Shown here: piece after piece, positions 21,890 through 35,220 of the stretch
Layout of the letters: each line of letters starts with the position of its first letter
Position numbering within the stretch: the stretch's first letter is position 1
From: Catajapyx aquilonaris
Taxonomy: Eukaryota
DNA: 35,332 nt
Assembly: GCA_000934665.2 (NCBI GenBank)
Contig: JYFJ02004061.1
Span: forward strand, 1 to 35,332
Direction: 5' to 3'
The notes under the pieces: generated by a model
The model's input: the letters and a program-made list of their open reading frames with translations, nothing else
What the model was told of the DNA's origin: nothing
The model's database searches: none
Made by a program: the position numbers and the translations under genes

Positions 21890-24150
21890 TACCCATTTCA
21901 TTAGCAGGTGATGGTGAGAGTCCTCCTTCAACAAGCCAACAGCTGTTATCACCAGGTGATTTTGAAGATGTGGCATCAACATCCTTGCTCTTGCTCACCT
22001 CGGAGACACCATCCCCTGTAGCTGATGTTGCAGCAAATGATCCGGAGCAGGCCGCCAGTCGGGAGCCTTCCATCCAGCAAGAAGAGGAGTTGGAAGAAGC
22101 AGAGATCCCAACATCCACCCCTCCTTGTGATGCTGAGGCCCAGTCTGACTCCAGCTCGAACAGAAGCCCTGAAGCATCCAGTGCTCACTTGCTCCATCAC
22201 AATGTGGTGTATCCTTGTCAAGCTCCGGAGGCCAGGCCAAGCGACACCTCTGCATCCATGGCCCCCTTTCTGAAGCGGATGGACTGCCCCCATCCTGCCT
22301 TTGTATATTGGAATTGGCCCCTGATACGAAGGCTGTGCTTGGGAAGTGGTCTGACTGGTGTCTTGGCGCTTTTGGGAGTTTGCGTTGCGATGCTCATGTC
22401 TCTTCCCAGGCAGTGTGACCCTCCCACTGCATGGTGGCAGGGAAGTCTCTCATATGAGGTCTTCCCAGCGTCCTTCAAAGTAGGTGCAGTAATCATTAAT
22501 TTTCCTTACACATGAAGCAGAAAATTCCACTCACAATCCCTGTTCCTTTTCTAGGATTCGGATAGTGACGGTGTGGGTGACCTTCGTGGCCTCGAGTCCC
22601 GCCTAGACTACATTCGCAATCTTGGGGCCAGATCAATTCGTCTTAATGGCTTGTTCAACAGCACGGACTACCCAGAACGCTACCACTCAGTTCAGAGCCT
22701 TTTAAAAGTAGCCTCAGCCCTCGGAGGCAATGACTCAGTGGCTAGATTGGCTGAGGCCTGTCACCGCAAAAATTTGTCACTCATGATTGACGTCCCTGTG
22801 GAACCGCTTCTCCGCAGGCCTCACCGTTCTAATGACACTGCTGGACAGATCACCTTTCCCTACCTTTGCCAGGATATGACTGAAGTCCTAAAGTTTTGGT
22901 TGCGGCAAGGAGTAGACGGGTTCTACCTGAAAGATTTGGAACTAATAGCTCATGAGCCGCATCTGGGGAAGTGTTTCCAAATATGGAGGCAGATGGTGGA
23001 TTCATGGGGAACTCCTGCGAGACCGAAGGTTCTCATGGCCAGCACTGGATTTGTCATGAGGCTAGATGGTGATGCGGACAAGCAGGCCAGAGTGACCAGA
23101 AGTTTGGATATGGTCGACGCATTCCTTGCACTTGGACCTAACCTTACTAGGAGTCTTGCAGGGCAGCTGGAAGCACTGCTGGAGGCCCCGTGGGCAACTG
23201 GGGCTGCAGCTCCATGGATCAACTGGAATCTAGGTATTTTTTTCCCAGAGCTTGTAGAAATTACTATTTTACTTTTTATTCAAACAGATATTTCACAAGG
23301 GGCTTGGTTTGAATTTCAGGCTCCGCAAGTACACCTCGGCTTGGTTCTCGTCTGGGCGGAAGGGTGAACACAACCTTGGCTGCCCAGTTGGTGCTCCTGT
23401 CCCTACCTGGCACCACTACCCTCTTTTATGGTGATGAGCTTGGGACTCTGGACAACAAATTTGATGTGGATCAGTATGAATTGAGTGAAGAGGAAGATTC
23501 CTCGGATATGGGTGCAGTTGGTGAAGGAAGCGAGAGCACATTAGCTCCTCTGGCACCTTTGGCACCTCTGGCATGGGATAATGCCCCAAGTGCTGGATTC
23601 ACCAAACCGGGAGCCATACCTTGGACTCCTCTACCACCTTCATACGAGAAAAGGAATGTCGGAGTGCTCAGTTACATGCTCAAGACCTTGGCAGATGCAT
23701 CACTCCTTAGGTAATTTCATGACTGGTTGCATTTTAAAATTAAAGCAGTGCTCTTTTACACTACTATTGAATAAATCAGAGCCAGCATATCGCAACAATG
23801 TTAATATCACTCTTCATCACTGCAGGGAGAGCACAGCAGCATTACGGATGAATGGCGACTATGACAGCACGGGAAAGAAGTCACCCAACTTCCTGGTACG
23901 TCATGCCGATGATGCGGTTGTTCTCCTGGAGCGTTGGTACACTCGGAGGCCCAGAATGGCAGTGGTGGCCAATTTGGATCCGCATGTGGCCCATCAGAGA
24001 AGTTTCATGTCCATATCTTCTGAAGGGGACGTTGGTATGACAGGAGGGGCGGTGGTGGTTGGAACTCACAGGCCTGCTGGACACAGGATGGACTTCTCAC
24101 ATGTCCATTTGGCTCCAGGAGAGGCTGCAATACTCAGGCTCTATTCATAA
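21667..24150 (+). CDS. SLC3A family heteromeric amino-acid transporter heavy chain (rBAT/CD98hc-like; GH13 alpha-amylase-like ectodomain), ~665 aa
   Basis: Inferred exons: 21667-21697 (donor overlaps an N, so tentative), 21908-22479, 22555-23233, 23320-23710, 23826-24150 (1998 nt). A single TM segment (LGSGLTGVLALLGVCVAMLMSL) is followed by [47 protein letters not shown] and LPGTTTLFYGDELG. Confidence 0.88.
21857..21886. repeat. (TTA)n microsatellite, intronic
   Basis: About 10 TTA units seen directly. Confidence 0.9.
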
Positions 24151-25418
24151 GATGTCCTCGATGATGCAGGGAGGGCACACACCCAAATAGTACTCAACTA
24201 CTGAACTAATAGCTTCCAAATTTGCCAAGGGGTTGAAAGGAAGGAGTCTGATTTTGGCAATTATGTGTGCTGCTGGTCTACGTAATTTGTACATTCTCCA
24301 AGTTCAATCCATAGTATTTTAACAATATATTGTACTGCATCTCATCCTGTACTGCTTATTGACTGCTCTTTCGCTTGTAAGCATTTTGAATTTACAACAA
24401 GACTAACAAGTAGCTTCCACTATTACAAAAGTTCCTACAAATGATTTTAAATTTTGATTTTGTGCTAAGACTTTAAGAACATTACGGTTCACAAATACAC
24501 TAGCCATGCATCAGTCATGGTAAGGTAGAACCTGTCCCAACGTATCATATGAATAATGAACTAATATTGAAGATTTAACGGTGATTAGATGTGTCAAACT
24601 ATTCAACTCTTTTGTTATGCATAATTATTATCTCCTTGCCAAAACGGACTCGTTCTTTTCCCCATGTTTGCACTTCTCATTCACCTTGTTGCTTATACAC
24701 TTGAAAATATGTAGTTTTCTTTTCATCATATACATAATGATATTTAATTATGTCTTGTCAAATGTCTCCATAATAACCACATTTCCAAACATTGTGGTAG
24801 CATAGTACTACTGCGAATAATCATTTTGGGTGTGGATTTTTGAGATTCTGCTCTTTTCCTATACTGCAACTCAATTTTAAGTCGAATAATGCTACAGTAT
24901 CATAGCGTGTACAAGTATCATGCCAGTATTTCCACCCAAGAAAATTTTTAACAATCTTGTACGAGACAATCTGTGTGCAACTTTTTGGAACATTTGAGCT
25001 ACACATTGTGCATGTTACACAATTTGTTCGTCAGACATTTGTTAAACCGCAGCATGATTCATACCAGTAATTATTCGATGCAGCAAGCTGTCAAGAAGTG
25101 TATGGACAAATCAAATTATTAATATTTTGGTCCATTTTTGTTGCTACTTGACTATCCGAAAGACTGATTGGATGTTATTCTGTGATGTGGCATTGTACTT
25201 GATGATGAATAATGACACATTAACACTGTAGGCACCTAATTTCTCTTCACCTTACAACCACCCTTGATGGTGTGCACTATCCAGGAATTACAAGTGTGGA
25301 GTAAAAATGAAAGTAGAACTTCCTTTATTAGAAGAAATGTCGGTGGGAGAAATGACAGACACAGTAACAGAGGGCACAACAGGAAAACAAAAAAAGTTTC
25401 AAAAAGGCAGTGAAATGG

Positions 25419-28400
25419 TCAGGGCACGTATAAATGTCCATGTGGATGTGCAGGAGGTCGCCTTAACACCTCACGACTATCCCTGCGATGCAGCTGAGTG
25501 GTCGACAACCCCGACACGGGGTACTTACGAGCAAACAGCTGCCTGGCAGCCCTTCCCATTAGGGCCAGGCTTTTATTATTATTATTATTACTATTGCTCC
25601 CGCCCAGGCTGCCACCACTCGATCCACTGTTGCTGTCACCACTAGTAGGCGCAGTTGGTGTCATTGATGTCATTGAGGTAGTGGACGGCGGTGGGTGATG
25701 CGGAAGTACAAATGCACTCGTCTGCCTGTAATGTAACGGTAAAAAAATTAATTATAATTTTCTGCATGTAGCCGCATTTGCTTGGATTCGTTATCGATAA
25801 AATTGATGTGACACATGCAGAGAAGTAGCCATACGCTACCTGAGAAGTGAGCAGTCACTACAGAGAGCTGCTATGAGCGGTAAATCCAGAGCACGGCTCT
25901 GCGCCCTGAGGATAGCTAAATCCAGTGGGGCAGCTCCGGGACTACTAGCCCCGCTAGTGGACAAGGTGGTCATAGCATCAGTGTTGCCAGATCCAAGCAC
26001 GCTCTCGTCTGACCGTGTCCTGAGAATGGGACTGGGCAGGCCTTTGGGCTGAGCTGGTGTCGCCCACTGCGGTGGTTGTGGGCTCCAACTAGCCGAAGTG
26101 GGGCTGGCCATGGTCACTGATGAAGCTGCCACGTTGGGGGCACTGAGGTACATGGAAGAGGCTTTAGCACCTCTGTAAGGCGGATCCACTGTCAAGCCAT
26201 GAGCGTCCAGGTATTCCTGCCTGCTCACTGCAGGGTCTTTGTGTGGAAAGACCACGTAATCCACGTCAGTCAGCAGCTGCCGCCTGAACTGTTCTATGTG
26301 GCTGCGGGACACCTGACTGGTGTAGACAGTGGCCACTGCAGATGGTGCAGGTGGAGCAGATGGAGCCATGCCCTTTTGGTGGTCATCCCCTTCGCCACAG
26401 GACTCGACCAAGACGCCATACACGGGAAGATTGCTCTGACCAGGATCGCTCAGCTGGTGGCGACCATCTAAACAGCAAAGAAATTGTAGCATTAATATTT
26501 TCTCGCCATGTCCAACACTATTGACTACAACATGCTGTGATTATGGAAAAAGTGGCCTTATTTACTCCATAAAATACCACATTTTAATGTGTGCACAAAG
26601 AGAATTCAGTGAAAGTGGTTCAATGCCTTCCCAAGTTGTTACACATTAACCTTGGCTCAAGTATGCCTTTGTTTATTCACCAGCCATTCTGAGAACATTG
26701 AATAATGGCTATTCCAATCAGTCAGAATGTCATGCAGAATGTTCATCTAGTTTTTTGTATATTTTTTGGACCAAATAGTCCCTCATGATTTGAGTGACAG
26801 AAAATACGTATTGTGCATAAATAATGATTAGGTACAAGTACAGTAATTAGCAGTTGTGCCTTTCATGGCTTTGAAGTCTGCGTCTCATAAAATTATAGTA
26901 TGAAGGTTCACTAACCCGCGACAGTCTTGGTAGTTGGTGTAGCATAGCAGGGTGATGCTTTCGGAGCCCTGGAGGCATGTGCAGTGAGCACTGATATATG
27001 GGCCTTGGTGGTGACCAGTCTAGCTGGAGCCTCCTTGGGTTGCTGCGTTGTGACAGGTGCAACCTGCACGTAGTCACTGTCAGTGTCAAAAGTCGTGCTG
27101 ACAGTGGCTCGATTAGGGTAGGTCCCGCTAGTTAGCACTGGGGTGGATGCAGTGCCTGCCCCTCGCTGGTGCCTGTACTGTCCGGCGCCAATGGCGCTAC
27201 GGACAGACAGGTCTAGGGTGGGCATGGAGATGGCCATTGGATGGGGAGCCCCAGATTCCTGGGCACATCCACAATGACGGCACACCCATGCAGAGAGGCT
27301 GTTTGATCCAGGAGGCGGCGAGAGTGTGATGGACGGTGTGTCAGTAACGCATGAGCCGGCCAGCCAGCTCCTCACTGCTGCCACACGGGCCTCCCCATCT
27401 GAACGGGCGCGAAGGTGTGTTGTGGTCAGTGTTGAATCTCCTCCAGGATATGCCTGAAAATAGTCAAAACCATAACTTTCTTGCTCACTTTTACATGGAC
27501 TGAACAATGTTTGGATCTGAATCTCCGGAACTGAATACGTACTGGAGGAGCCTCTGACAGAGTGGCCTGTATGGTGGAGCATCGACTGGAGCTCTGGCTT
27601 CCCTCTGGTGTTGGGGGAGTGGCAGTAGCAGCGGACGAACATCGCAATGGTCCACGTGAAGTGGACGAGCGTGTCGCCTGGTGCTGCCCTGCTGCAGCAG
27701 CTGATGCAGGTGGTGGGGCCTGTGTCACTAGGTGGGTCCTCCCTGGCACTGCGGCTAGGGACTCCAGTGACACAGCCGTTGCTGCCGTTACCAGAGGAGA
27801 GAGGGTGGCCAGCTCTGCCTCCAGGTCATCTTCACTGTCATCTGCTCCTTGAACACGGTCTGACACTATCCCAGAAGTGGTGTTGGAAGAGGCCGTGGAG
27901 ATCACTGACACTCGCTGCTCCGATGTTGACTGAGGCGCCCATGCACTACCTTCACGCCGACGCCTTCGTTCTATGCACAGAAATTATATACTCATTTAGG
28001 TTATTAGATCGACCACAGGCTGCTGTAAGTCCACATTTTATATTCCCATTGAGCCCTGCTGCAACTGATGCAAATAGTGGTCCCACTATTAACAGAATGG
28101 TGCTGCAAATGCTCTCACCATCTTCCTCATGTCGCCTCCTCAGCTCTGCCAACCGAGGCTGCAAAGCCAGGGCCTTTTGATGTGTGGCACGTGAAAGTAC
28201 CAGCAGATGCCTTGCCCGAGAATCACTTGCTGCGAAGAAGCACATTCGTTGCCCATCGGCTGGTCCAGCACCCCGTATCTCGAACTTGCGCTTCTCAAAA
28301 CTGAGCTTCCCGATGTGTGCCCATGGGAAGGTAGCTGCCAGCACTCGTGGTTGCCCTGCTCGCTCATGATAGACATGCAGGCCATGTGCACACACCCCAA

Positions 28401-31400
28401 CTGCCGAATCAGTAGCACCGCTCTTGCGGGTGCGGAGGCGAAACAAATGCATATTGTGAGGTGCATGAGGTGAAGAAGCTTCCAGAATGTAGCGAAGTTG
28501 AGCTTGAGCTCGGGAGAGTCCCCGAAGAGCCCTGCGAAGAGCTGCCAGCGCAGGAGCTGGCGATGGCAATGACGGCCCTTGCAGAATCATCCAATGCGGA
28601 AGGACACCTGAGGCAGCTTCCTCCTCTTCAGCCGACTCAGATCCACCTGCAGAGGTACGACCCAATAACTTATTTCTCCTGTTCAGTTTACCAGAATAAA
28701 AACATACAAATAATTTGAACCAAAACTTACCAGCCGCATGGGTGTCAGCACAGTCCCCCCTCTCCGCCTGCAGAGCCAGGGCACCCAAAAGCAACAGCGT
28801 CTCCCTTGGGGCTGCCTGTTCTTGCACCATCACATTCTCCTTCAGCTGCAAATAGTAGTGCTGCCGAGACACTTGCTCCCTCAGAAGAAGAGCACTGTCC
28901 ACGTAGAACTGTACTCGGAAATGGAGTTGAAGCAGAGGTCTTCCAATGCTGTCCAAGCCCTGATACAATACATGGAATTATGAAGTGAATGTACATGCAC
29001 ATATAATTACTGTATGTATATTTAAATTTTAAATGATTAATACACTGAGTGCAGATGGTGCATGGACTAAAAATGGCGGCCACTTGTTAGCATTTCCAAC
29101 ACAAATTGATATGGGTATGGCGCTCACATTCAATGGCCGCCATTTTTAGTCCATGCACCAGCTGCACTACTGTGTATTATTTAAAATTAAATATCCTGCA
29201 GGTTATCCTATAGGTGCGCTTAAATATTTAAGAATTAAGAGTGGTTACCTATCGCAATCGCATGGACCAAAAATGGCGACCACTGAATTAGAGCGCCATA
29301 TCCATTTGTAATGGAAACGCTACCTTTGGTGCGAATAGTCGGTATATTTAAGATTTAAGTACTGTAGTGGCCAATTTAAACGCATTAAATCGTCAGATTC
29401 GTCCAATTCAGAACCGAACCTTCATGTGATCAAGTCTATTAATACCCTTCCGATGCTTCTGAGTGGCTGCCGAATATTGTTACCGCGACGCTTCCTGTTG
29501 GCCCCGTTCTGCGCCTGCGCAATGGACCGGGAACGGAGAACCATTCATTTGATTGCTGACTAGCACCAGGTAAACATCTCTACTCGGTGTTTTCTCGGAA
29601 TTTAGATACATTTTAGCGTGAGCGAGAATTGGCTTCTCGCTCACGCTGTTTAATCTCCTAACAAACAAACAAAAGAAACCGCTCGCTACGTTTTATAACT
29701 GGGGAAATACCATCCGCGGTGTTCCTCATCGCGTGATGGTTTTATCAAACCGGGCAACACCGCCCGCCCTAGGAGACCCCCGAGTGACCTCCGTTCCGCT
29801 GGGCAGATGGCGACCCCAGGAATGTGGTCGTCGGAACCCCATCGGGCAACGCTGCCGAGCCTCACCTTGGCTGCAGCAACCGGCTTGTGGCGTTGCCAGC
29901 TCGGCCCCTCCTGACACGCGACCGGCCAACCTTTCATGTCTTGGCCCGCCCGGAGCCATTCGCCGGGCGGAGCCTAAACACACTGGCTTGCAACTGCCCG
30001 TTTTACGACCCCCGTTGTAAAATGTATGGACGATCCGAAATTCGCCACGTCAACACCCACCCCCACCAGATCAATTAAAACCTATGTACTTGAGGCCACG
30101 GAATTTTTTGGAGGGTGGTATAGGTCAGGGTTTGTTTACAATGCGGGCGCGTGGCCCATTCATTTGTGTACGGTACGGATTTAGCTACGGGTGTTATCTG
30201 AATGGGCTCGACCTTTTTATTGCCAGCTATTCGTCATAATAAATGGTAACCCATGTTGTCTGTCAATTCGCGCGTTCAAGTCCAGGGCGAGCGTACGAGA
30301 AACGGGTTTTCTATAGGAATCCGATACACTTTAACGTGAGCGAGAATTGGCTTCACGCTCGCGAGAATCGGCGTGAAGCCATCGGATGGGTTTCTCGTTC
30401 ACGCTCACGCAACGATCGAGGATCTGACAGGACCTAATATAAGGATTTGTTCGAACTGCACATTAGCCAGTAAGCCATTCTAAAAAAAAAAATGTGTTCC
30501 TATGCTGGAAAATTGGGAAAGGGCTGAAAAATGAGCCATATTTCAGAGGATTTTCAGAATTCGGTGCGGATTGCACTATTGTGAACACACCGCGAGAAAC
30601 GGAGTTTATTTCTAGCAATCTGATAGCGTGAGCGAGAATTGGCTTCACACGACTCAAGCTCTCGACGAGAACACACCGCGAACAATGGCGTTTTCTATAG
30701 GAATCCGAGACATTTTACTATTTTAGAGTGAGCGAGCATTATAGCTTCACCCTCTCCACGAGAATCGGTCGTAGCGTGAGCGTGAGCGAGAAGCCCATTC
30801 GTCACGCTACAACCAAGCTTGTGAACCGTTGTGAACACACTGCGAGAAACTGTGTTTTCTTAGGAATCCGAGACACTTCAGTGTAAGCGAGAATTGACTT
30901 CACTCTCACGCTACAACCGATTCTCTCGAGGGTGAGCGTGAAACCGATTCTCGCTCACGCTGAAATTTCTCGAATTCTTAGAAAACAGAGTTTCTCGCGA
31001 TATGTTCACTTGTCCACTTCTCACGCTGAAAATTCTCGTTCTTGCGAACTTCACATGTTTTGCTGACTCTTATCAGCTATGAATAGCCTGAATGCACCTG
31101 TACGTGTACAGTAGAAATTCCTCTATATACAATCGCAATTTCGCAGCTTCCGTCGCATATAGCAAAGGATATATTTATAGGCTGCACCTGTCGAAATACC
31201 TGCATGACACTGTTTACCTACCAAATCGCAATATCGCCTAACAACACGCTTTCAACACATTCGCTATATTAGCACCGCATACCTCATAGGACTATTTGCA
31301 TGCACGTCATACAACAAGGTATGACAACATCTCGAGGTTGACGACAAAAAGGGAGAAAAAAAAGGAGGGTCCACTTACATGATCATGTGACGTTTTCCAC

Positions 31401-32010
31401 GCTTTGGGCGCGTGCTTGGACAGCTTAGCGTCGGGTTCAAGAAACACATATTCACCATCTAGCGGAAAGGGAGATTTACATGATAGCACAAGTGGTTTTA
31501 AGGGGGGGCATAATAAGGGTCGGCGTGTGCCTCTTTACCTGAAGTGGAGGAAGCCAATCCGAAGAGATCTGTGTCCAGCATACCCATCGCGGCCAGGTGT
31601 CGCGTCACTTGAACCTGAAGCTCCTTAGCACGTGCTTTCAGCTGGAAAATTACCCATACGTGCAGTTAGAAATGGACAAACAGCTCTTTGAACCGTCCCA
31701 AGAAGAAACACCCTATCTCCAAAACTAGTAAGGGTGAAAGTCGCATACAACGCCCTGTACTAATCCCCTCTGACTCAGTGCAGGGCATGCATGCGACTTT
31801 CGCCCTTACTAGTTTTAGGGTGTTTCTCCTTTGGACGGCAGAGTTGGTGAGATAGTTTACTGTCGGTAATATTACCTGCACAGAGAAGTAGAGGATTTGT
31901 CCTGTGAGAAGACGCACTTGGGTGTATCTTCGGTGGGGCGGAAGTGGGGCGCGGCAGTGCTGAAGGGGGGCGCTGGCCACTGGAGGAGGGGCACCACCGC
32001 CCCCGCGCAT
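25419..32010 (-). CDS. ex: Protein expanded (FERM-domain Hippo pathway regulator), ~991 aa
   Basis: Inferred exons: 32010-31876, 31641-31539, 31458-31379, 28959-28731, 28646-28119, 27970-27543, 27453-26916, 26467-25840, 25725-25419 (2976 nt). Motifs: GMLDTDLFGLA, DGEYVFLEPDAKLSKHAPKAWKTSH, GLDSIGRPLLQLHFRVQFYV, KLSFEKRKFEIR, SVISTASSNTTSGIVSDRV, TDVDYVVFP.KDPAVSRQEY, LDLPLIAALC. A splice acceptor just upstream of the ATG (~32020) implies a 5' UTR exon further right. Confidence 0.93.
29025..29340. mobile_element. Foldback MITE-like hairpin plus a partial third arm in ex intron 3
   Basis: GTGCAGATGGTGCATGGACTAAAAATGGCGGCCA / TGGCCGCCATTTTTAGTCCATGCACCAGCTGCAC form an inverted pair. A further CATGGACCAAAAATGGCG occurs at ~29261. 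Confidence 0.7.
29575..31050. repeat. Interspersed/tandem repeat family GCGTGAGCGAGAATTGGCTTCAC in ex intron 3
   Basis: One copy at ~29575-29650 and several copies in both orientations at ~30290-31030 (CGCGAGAAAC..TTTCTATAGGAATCCGAGACA..GTGAGCGAGAATTGGCTTCAC). A unique GC-rich stretch lies between them. Confidence 0.7.
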
Positions 32011-32944
32011 TCCTACCGCCTGCAAATTTAAAAAACAAACATAGTACAATATACCTCACATGGATGGCCGGACAGACAAAACTATAGACTAATGAAACAA
32101 TTTCAATGCGATGGCCCACCGATTTACCACGTAGTACCAGTCTTCACTCATAGATAGCGCATACTTCCTCTCCACACGCCTGCCATCTTCAGGTCGTGCG
32201 AGAGGTAGCGGTACTATCAGAGATAATAGGCCTATTAGCCAATTCGGAGAAATATATAAAGCCGAAAGTTTGTTGATCACGGCTACCTAACCCACTTTCA
32301 TAGTCCTGAGAGTGCTGAAATTTGGCACACTAACGTCTTACATGCCGCTGATTCCGGGATATGTCCGAAAAACTGAAATTTTAAAAGTANGGGGGGGGGT
32401 GATGTGACACTCCACCACCACAAAAATTCTCTCCCACGAAAAAATCATTGACGGAACTGAGGAATGTCCGTGAGAAATAACATCCCGCATTCCGCGTATG
32501 CCCCGTCAACCGTGAAATGACTCAGCGGCCGTAAACTACGTAATTGAATCGGGCTCTACTCCACCTTGTGGAAAACATCCAGCGTTGTCACAGGCACGTC
32601 CTCTTGACATATTTACGGTACCGGTACCCCCTTTTTTGTGCTGCTGAGCTGAATCGATTCGGACCCCTCCCTTTTTTGGATGTACCGGAAAGTTGCAAGC
32701 CGTGACATTTTTGCGACCTTACATTGTGTCAACTATATACTATCACTTGATGAAACTAATACGAGGTCGTCAAGTGTATGTCGTACTGATTTATCCGCAA
32801 AAATTTTTACCTCAGTATATCATATGTGCAAAATTCATAGGAATGACCTACTTCAATACTAGCACTTATGTAAAGGTCACACCATATATTGTTATCGGTC
32901 AAGTTATTTCAATCCCATTGCTCCTAATTAGCCAGACATAATTA

Positions 32945-33490
32945 GTATGCAGCGAACGGCAGCGAAAGTTGTTCATTTTCGTGTACTTCACGTGCCTGCC
33001 ACCCAAATATTGTCAATGTCACTCGTCTCAATTCTTTCGCTAAAATGTGGAAAATCTGCAAAAGATTTTTTTCAATTTCGTGCACTTCACATACCTGCCA
33101 CCCAGTTTTGTCAGAATATCTCGATTTGCTGCTTCGTTGCAAATTCCACATTTTAGCGAACGAAACAGCAAGTCGAGATATTCTGACAATATTTGGGAGG
33201 CAGGTATGTGAAGTACACGAAATTGAAAAAAAAACTGCATGGACAAAACTGACAATATGTGAAGACCCTACACGTAAATTTTAAGATTTGCTTCAAATAA
33301 TTGCAAATTCCATATTTTAGCCCTTTTTTCATTTTAGTATAGGGTCTTCACATGCCTGACACCCAAATATTGTCAGTTTTGTCCGAATATCGCAATTTGC
33401 TGCTTCTTTCGCTAAAATGTGGAATTTGCAATTATTTGCTGCCAACTTTCTTCAATTTCCGTGTAGGGTCTTCACATGCCTGCCCCTCAT
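32945..33490. repeat. Direct/inverted repeat cluster, MITE-like
   Basis: Recurrent CTTCACATGCCTGCCACCCAAATATTGTCA / TTTCGCTAAAATGTGGAA units, with an inverted copy at ~33140-33280. Confidence 0.7.
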
Positions 33491-35186
33491 GTCACCAGCT
33501 CATTTCAAGAGGTGGACGCACTTTACTCACATTACACACGGATCTAGTATCACTTGAAAAAATGTGAGAATGTGGCAACCAAGGCACCCCCCCCCCCCCC
33601 NCCCCTCATCACACGGTACGAAGGCCGCCCGCATTCCCCCCCATCTTATGTTACTTCGGGGGGGTTTATACAGTTGGGGTGAGGACGGTGGGGGTCGCGG
33701 TCAGGTATGCGGATAGTAAGGGGGGGAGGGGGGGGGTAGTGAAAGTGGGAAAGCGGGCAGGGGCGTAGCTAGCAAAAGGTGCATTGCCCCTTTTGTCGGC
33801 ATTTGCAATTTTATTAATAAATAATAATTTTTTTAAAAAAGGCTTACCTCCACCTAAGACATGAGGACTCCATGTCCGTCCCTTGTGTGGATGCAACACT
33901 GAATTTACGTACGGTGTGTATCACCACGGCACTGTTCCCATCGTGTTTTTTAGAAGGACTGAAATCCGCTGCACCTTTTCGAAGCGGACGCGGACGGTGC
34001 GATGGTGCTGCCGACACGATGGAAAAATGTGAGGTTAGCCCCAAGGGGTGGGGATAAAAGCTGGTTGGGTGGGTGGAGGCTGATTTTTTTTTTTTTTTGT
34101 GGGAGGCTGCGGTGTTGTCAAGGTGCGCTCAGGTAGCAGGGGGTGACGGCTAACAGCCAATAAATTACGCGTGTCTTCACTGGAATCCATACCTGGCATG
34201 CGCGTCCGGAGGGAGTTGGAGGATGGTGGTCATTAGGGGGGAAACATTTTTTGAAATTTGGGGGGGAGGGGGGGCGTGATTGATGTTGGGTCGAAAAAAA
34301 ACGATATAGTACATTTAATGTACTATTGCAAAAATTGAGCGATATAGTACCATTCGGTATATTTGTGGCCAAACAAGCCAATGAACTGGGTCGAAATATT
34401 CAGATCCAAATATGTCACCTCTTATTTTTTATGTGACAAAGCCAGGAATGGGCTGGATGAATCGATGTAAATTTTGTGCGAATCTCTATTATAAAATGCA
34501 AAGTTTGTCCATTTCATGCCCATTTCGTACCCACTTCCAGGTGTCGGATCAGACAGTTTTTGTCCATATGCAAAGTTTGCACTCCAGATTTTTTAATGAA
34601 GTGTAAAATTACTTGTAGTGCTTAATTTTAAATTTTTTAAACTGGGTTATAGCCATGTTATAAATTTATTGGAACCCAGTTAATCATGCAAATATTGTAC
34701 AAATCTCCATTATTACATTTATGTAATATGATTCGCACACATTGACACATATTCATCCCATGTTCGACCCATATGTGAATATTCCTGACTTTGCCGCATT
34801 TTTTAAAAAAGCTCATAACGTTCGAGTAATATTCATGTTCATCAATGCTGCGTCAGGAATTTCGGAGCTGGTATGGGCAAGTATCCTGACATAATGAAAG
34901 TGACACCCACATGGTCCACCTTTCACTCATCCAGAATCGAGCGCGCAATAATGAAACACCCTGTAACACACAGGAATGCGCCAACTTCTCCGAAAAATCA
35001 TGGCATCCCCTCCGCATGCCATGCCATTGTTTCCACACTTATTAGGTCACGGATCCGCCGCATACTTTCACGTACAGTGACATACGCACAAAGTGTTCGT
35101 CGAATCATGCCAAGGCCTGTGTGTCACATATCCAGCAGGTAGAGGGTGTCCGGGGGTCCTCCCCGGGGCCAAAAAATGCATCGTCC

Positions 35187-35220
<34 letters not shown>
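35187..35220. repeat. (GAT)n microsatellite
   Basis: About 11 GAT units seen directly. Confidence 0.9.

Noticed and set aside
22555..23710. Active alpha-glucosidase/maltase
   Set aside because: The N-terminal TM anchor with a juxtamembrane Cys and the altered catalytic region fit an SLC3 heavy chain better.
26199..28988. Plus-strand ORFs overlapping expanded
   Set aside because: Antisense shadows of ex exons.
32942..33567. ORFs in the repeat cluster
   Set aside because: Translations repeat because the DNA is an inverted/direct repeat; there is no coding signature.
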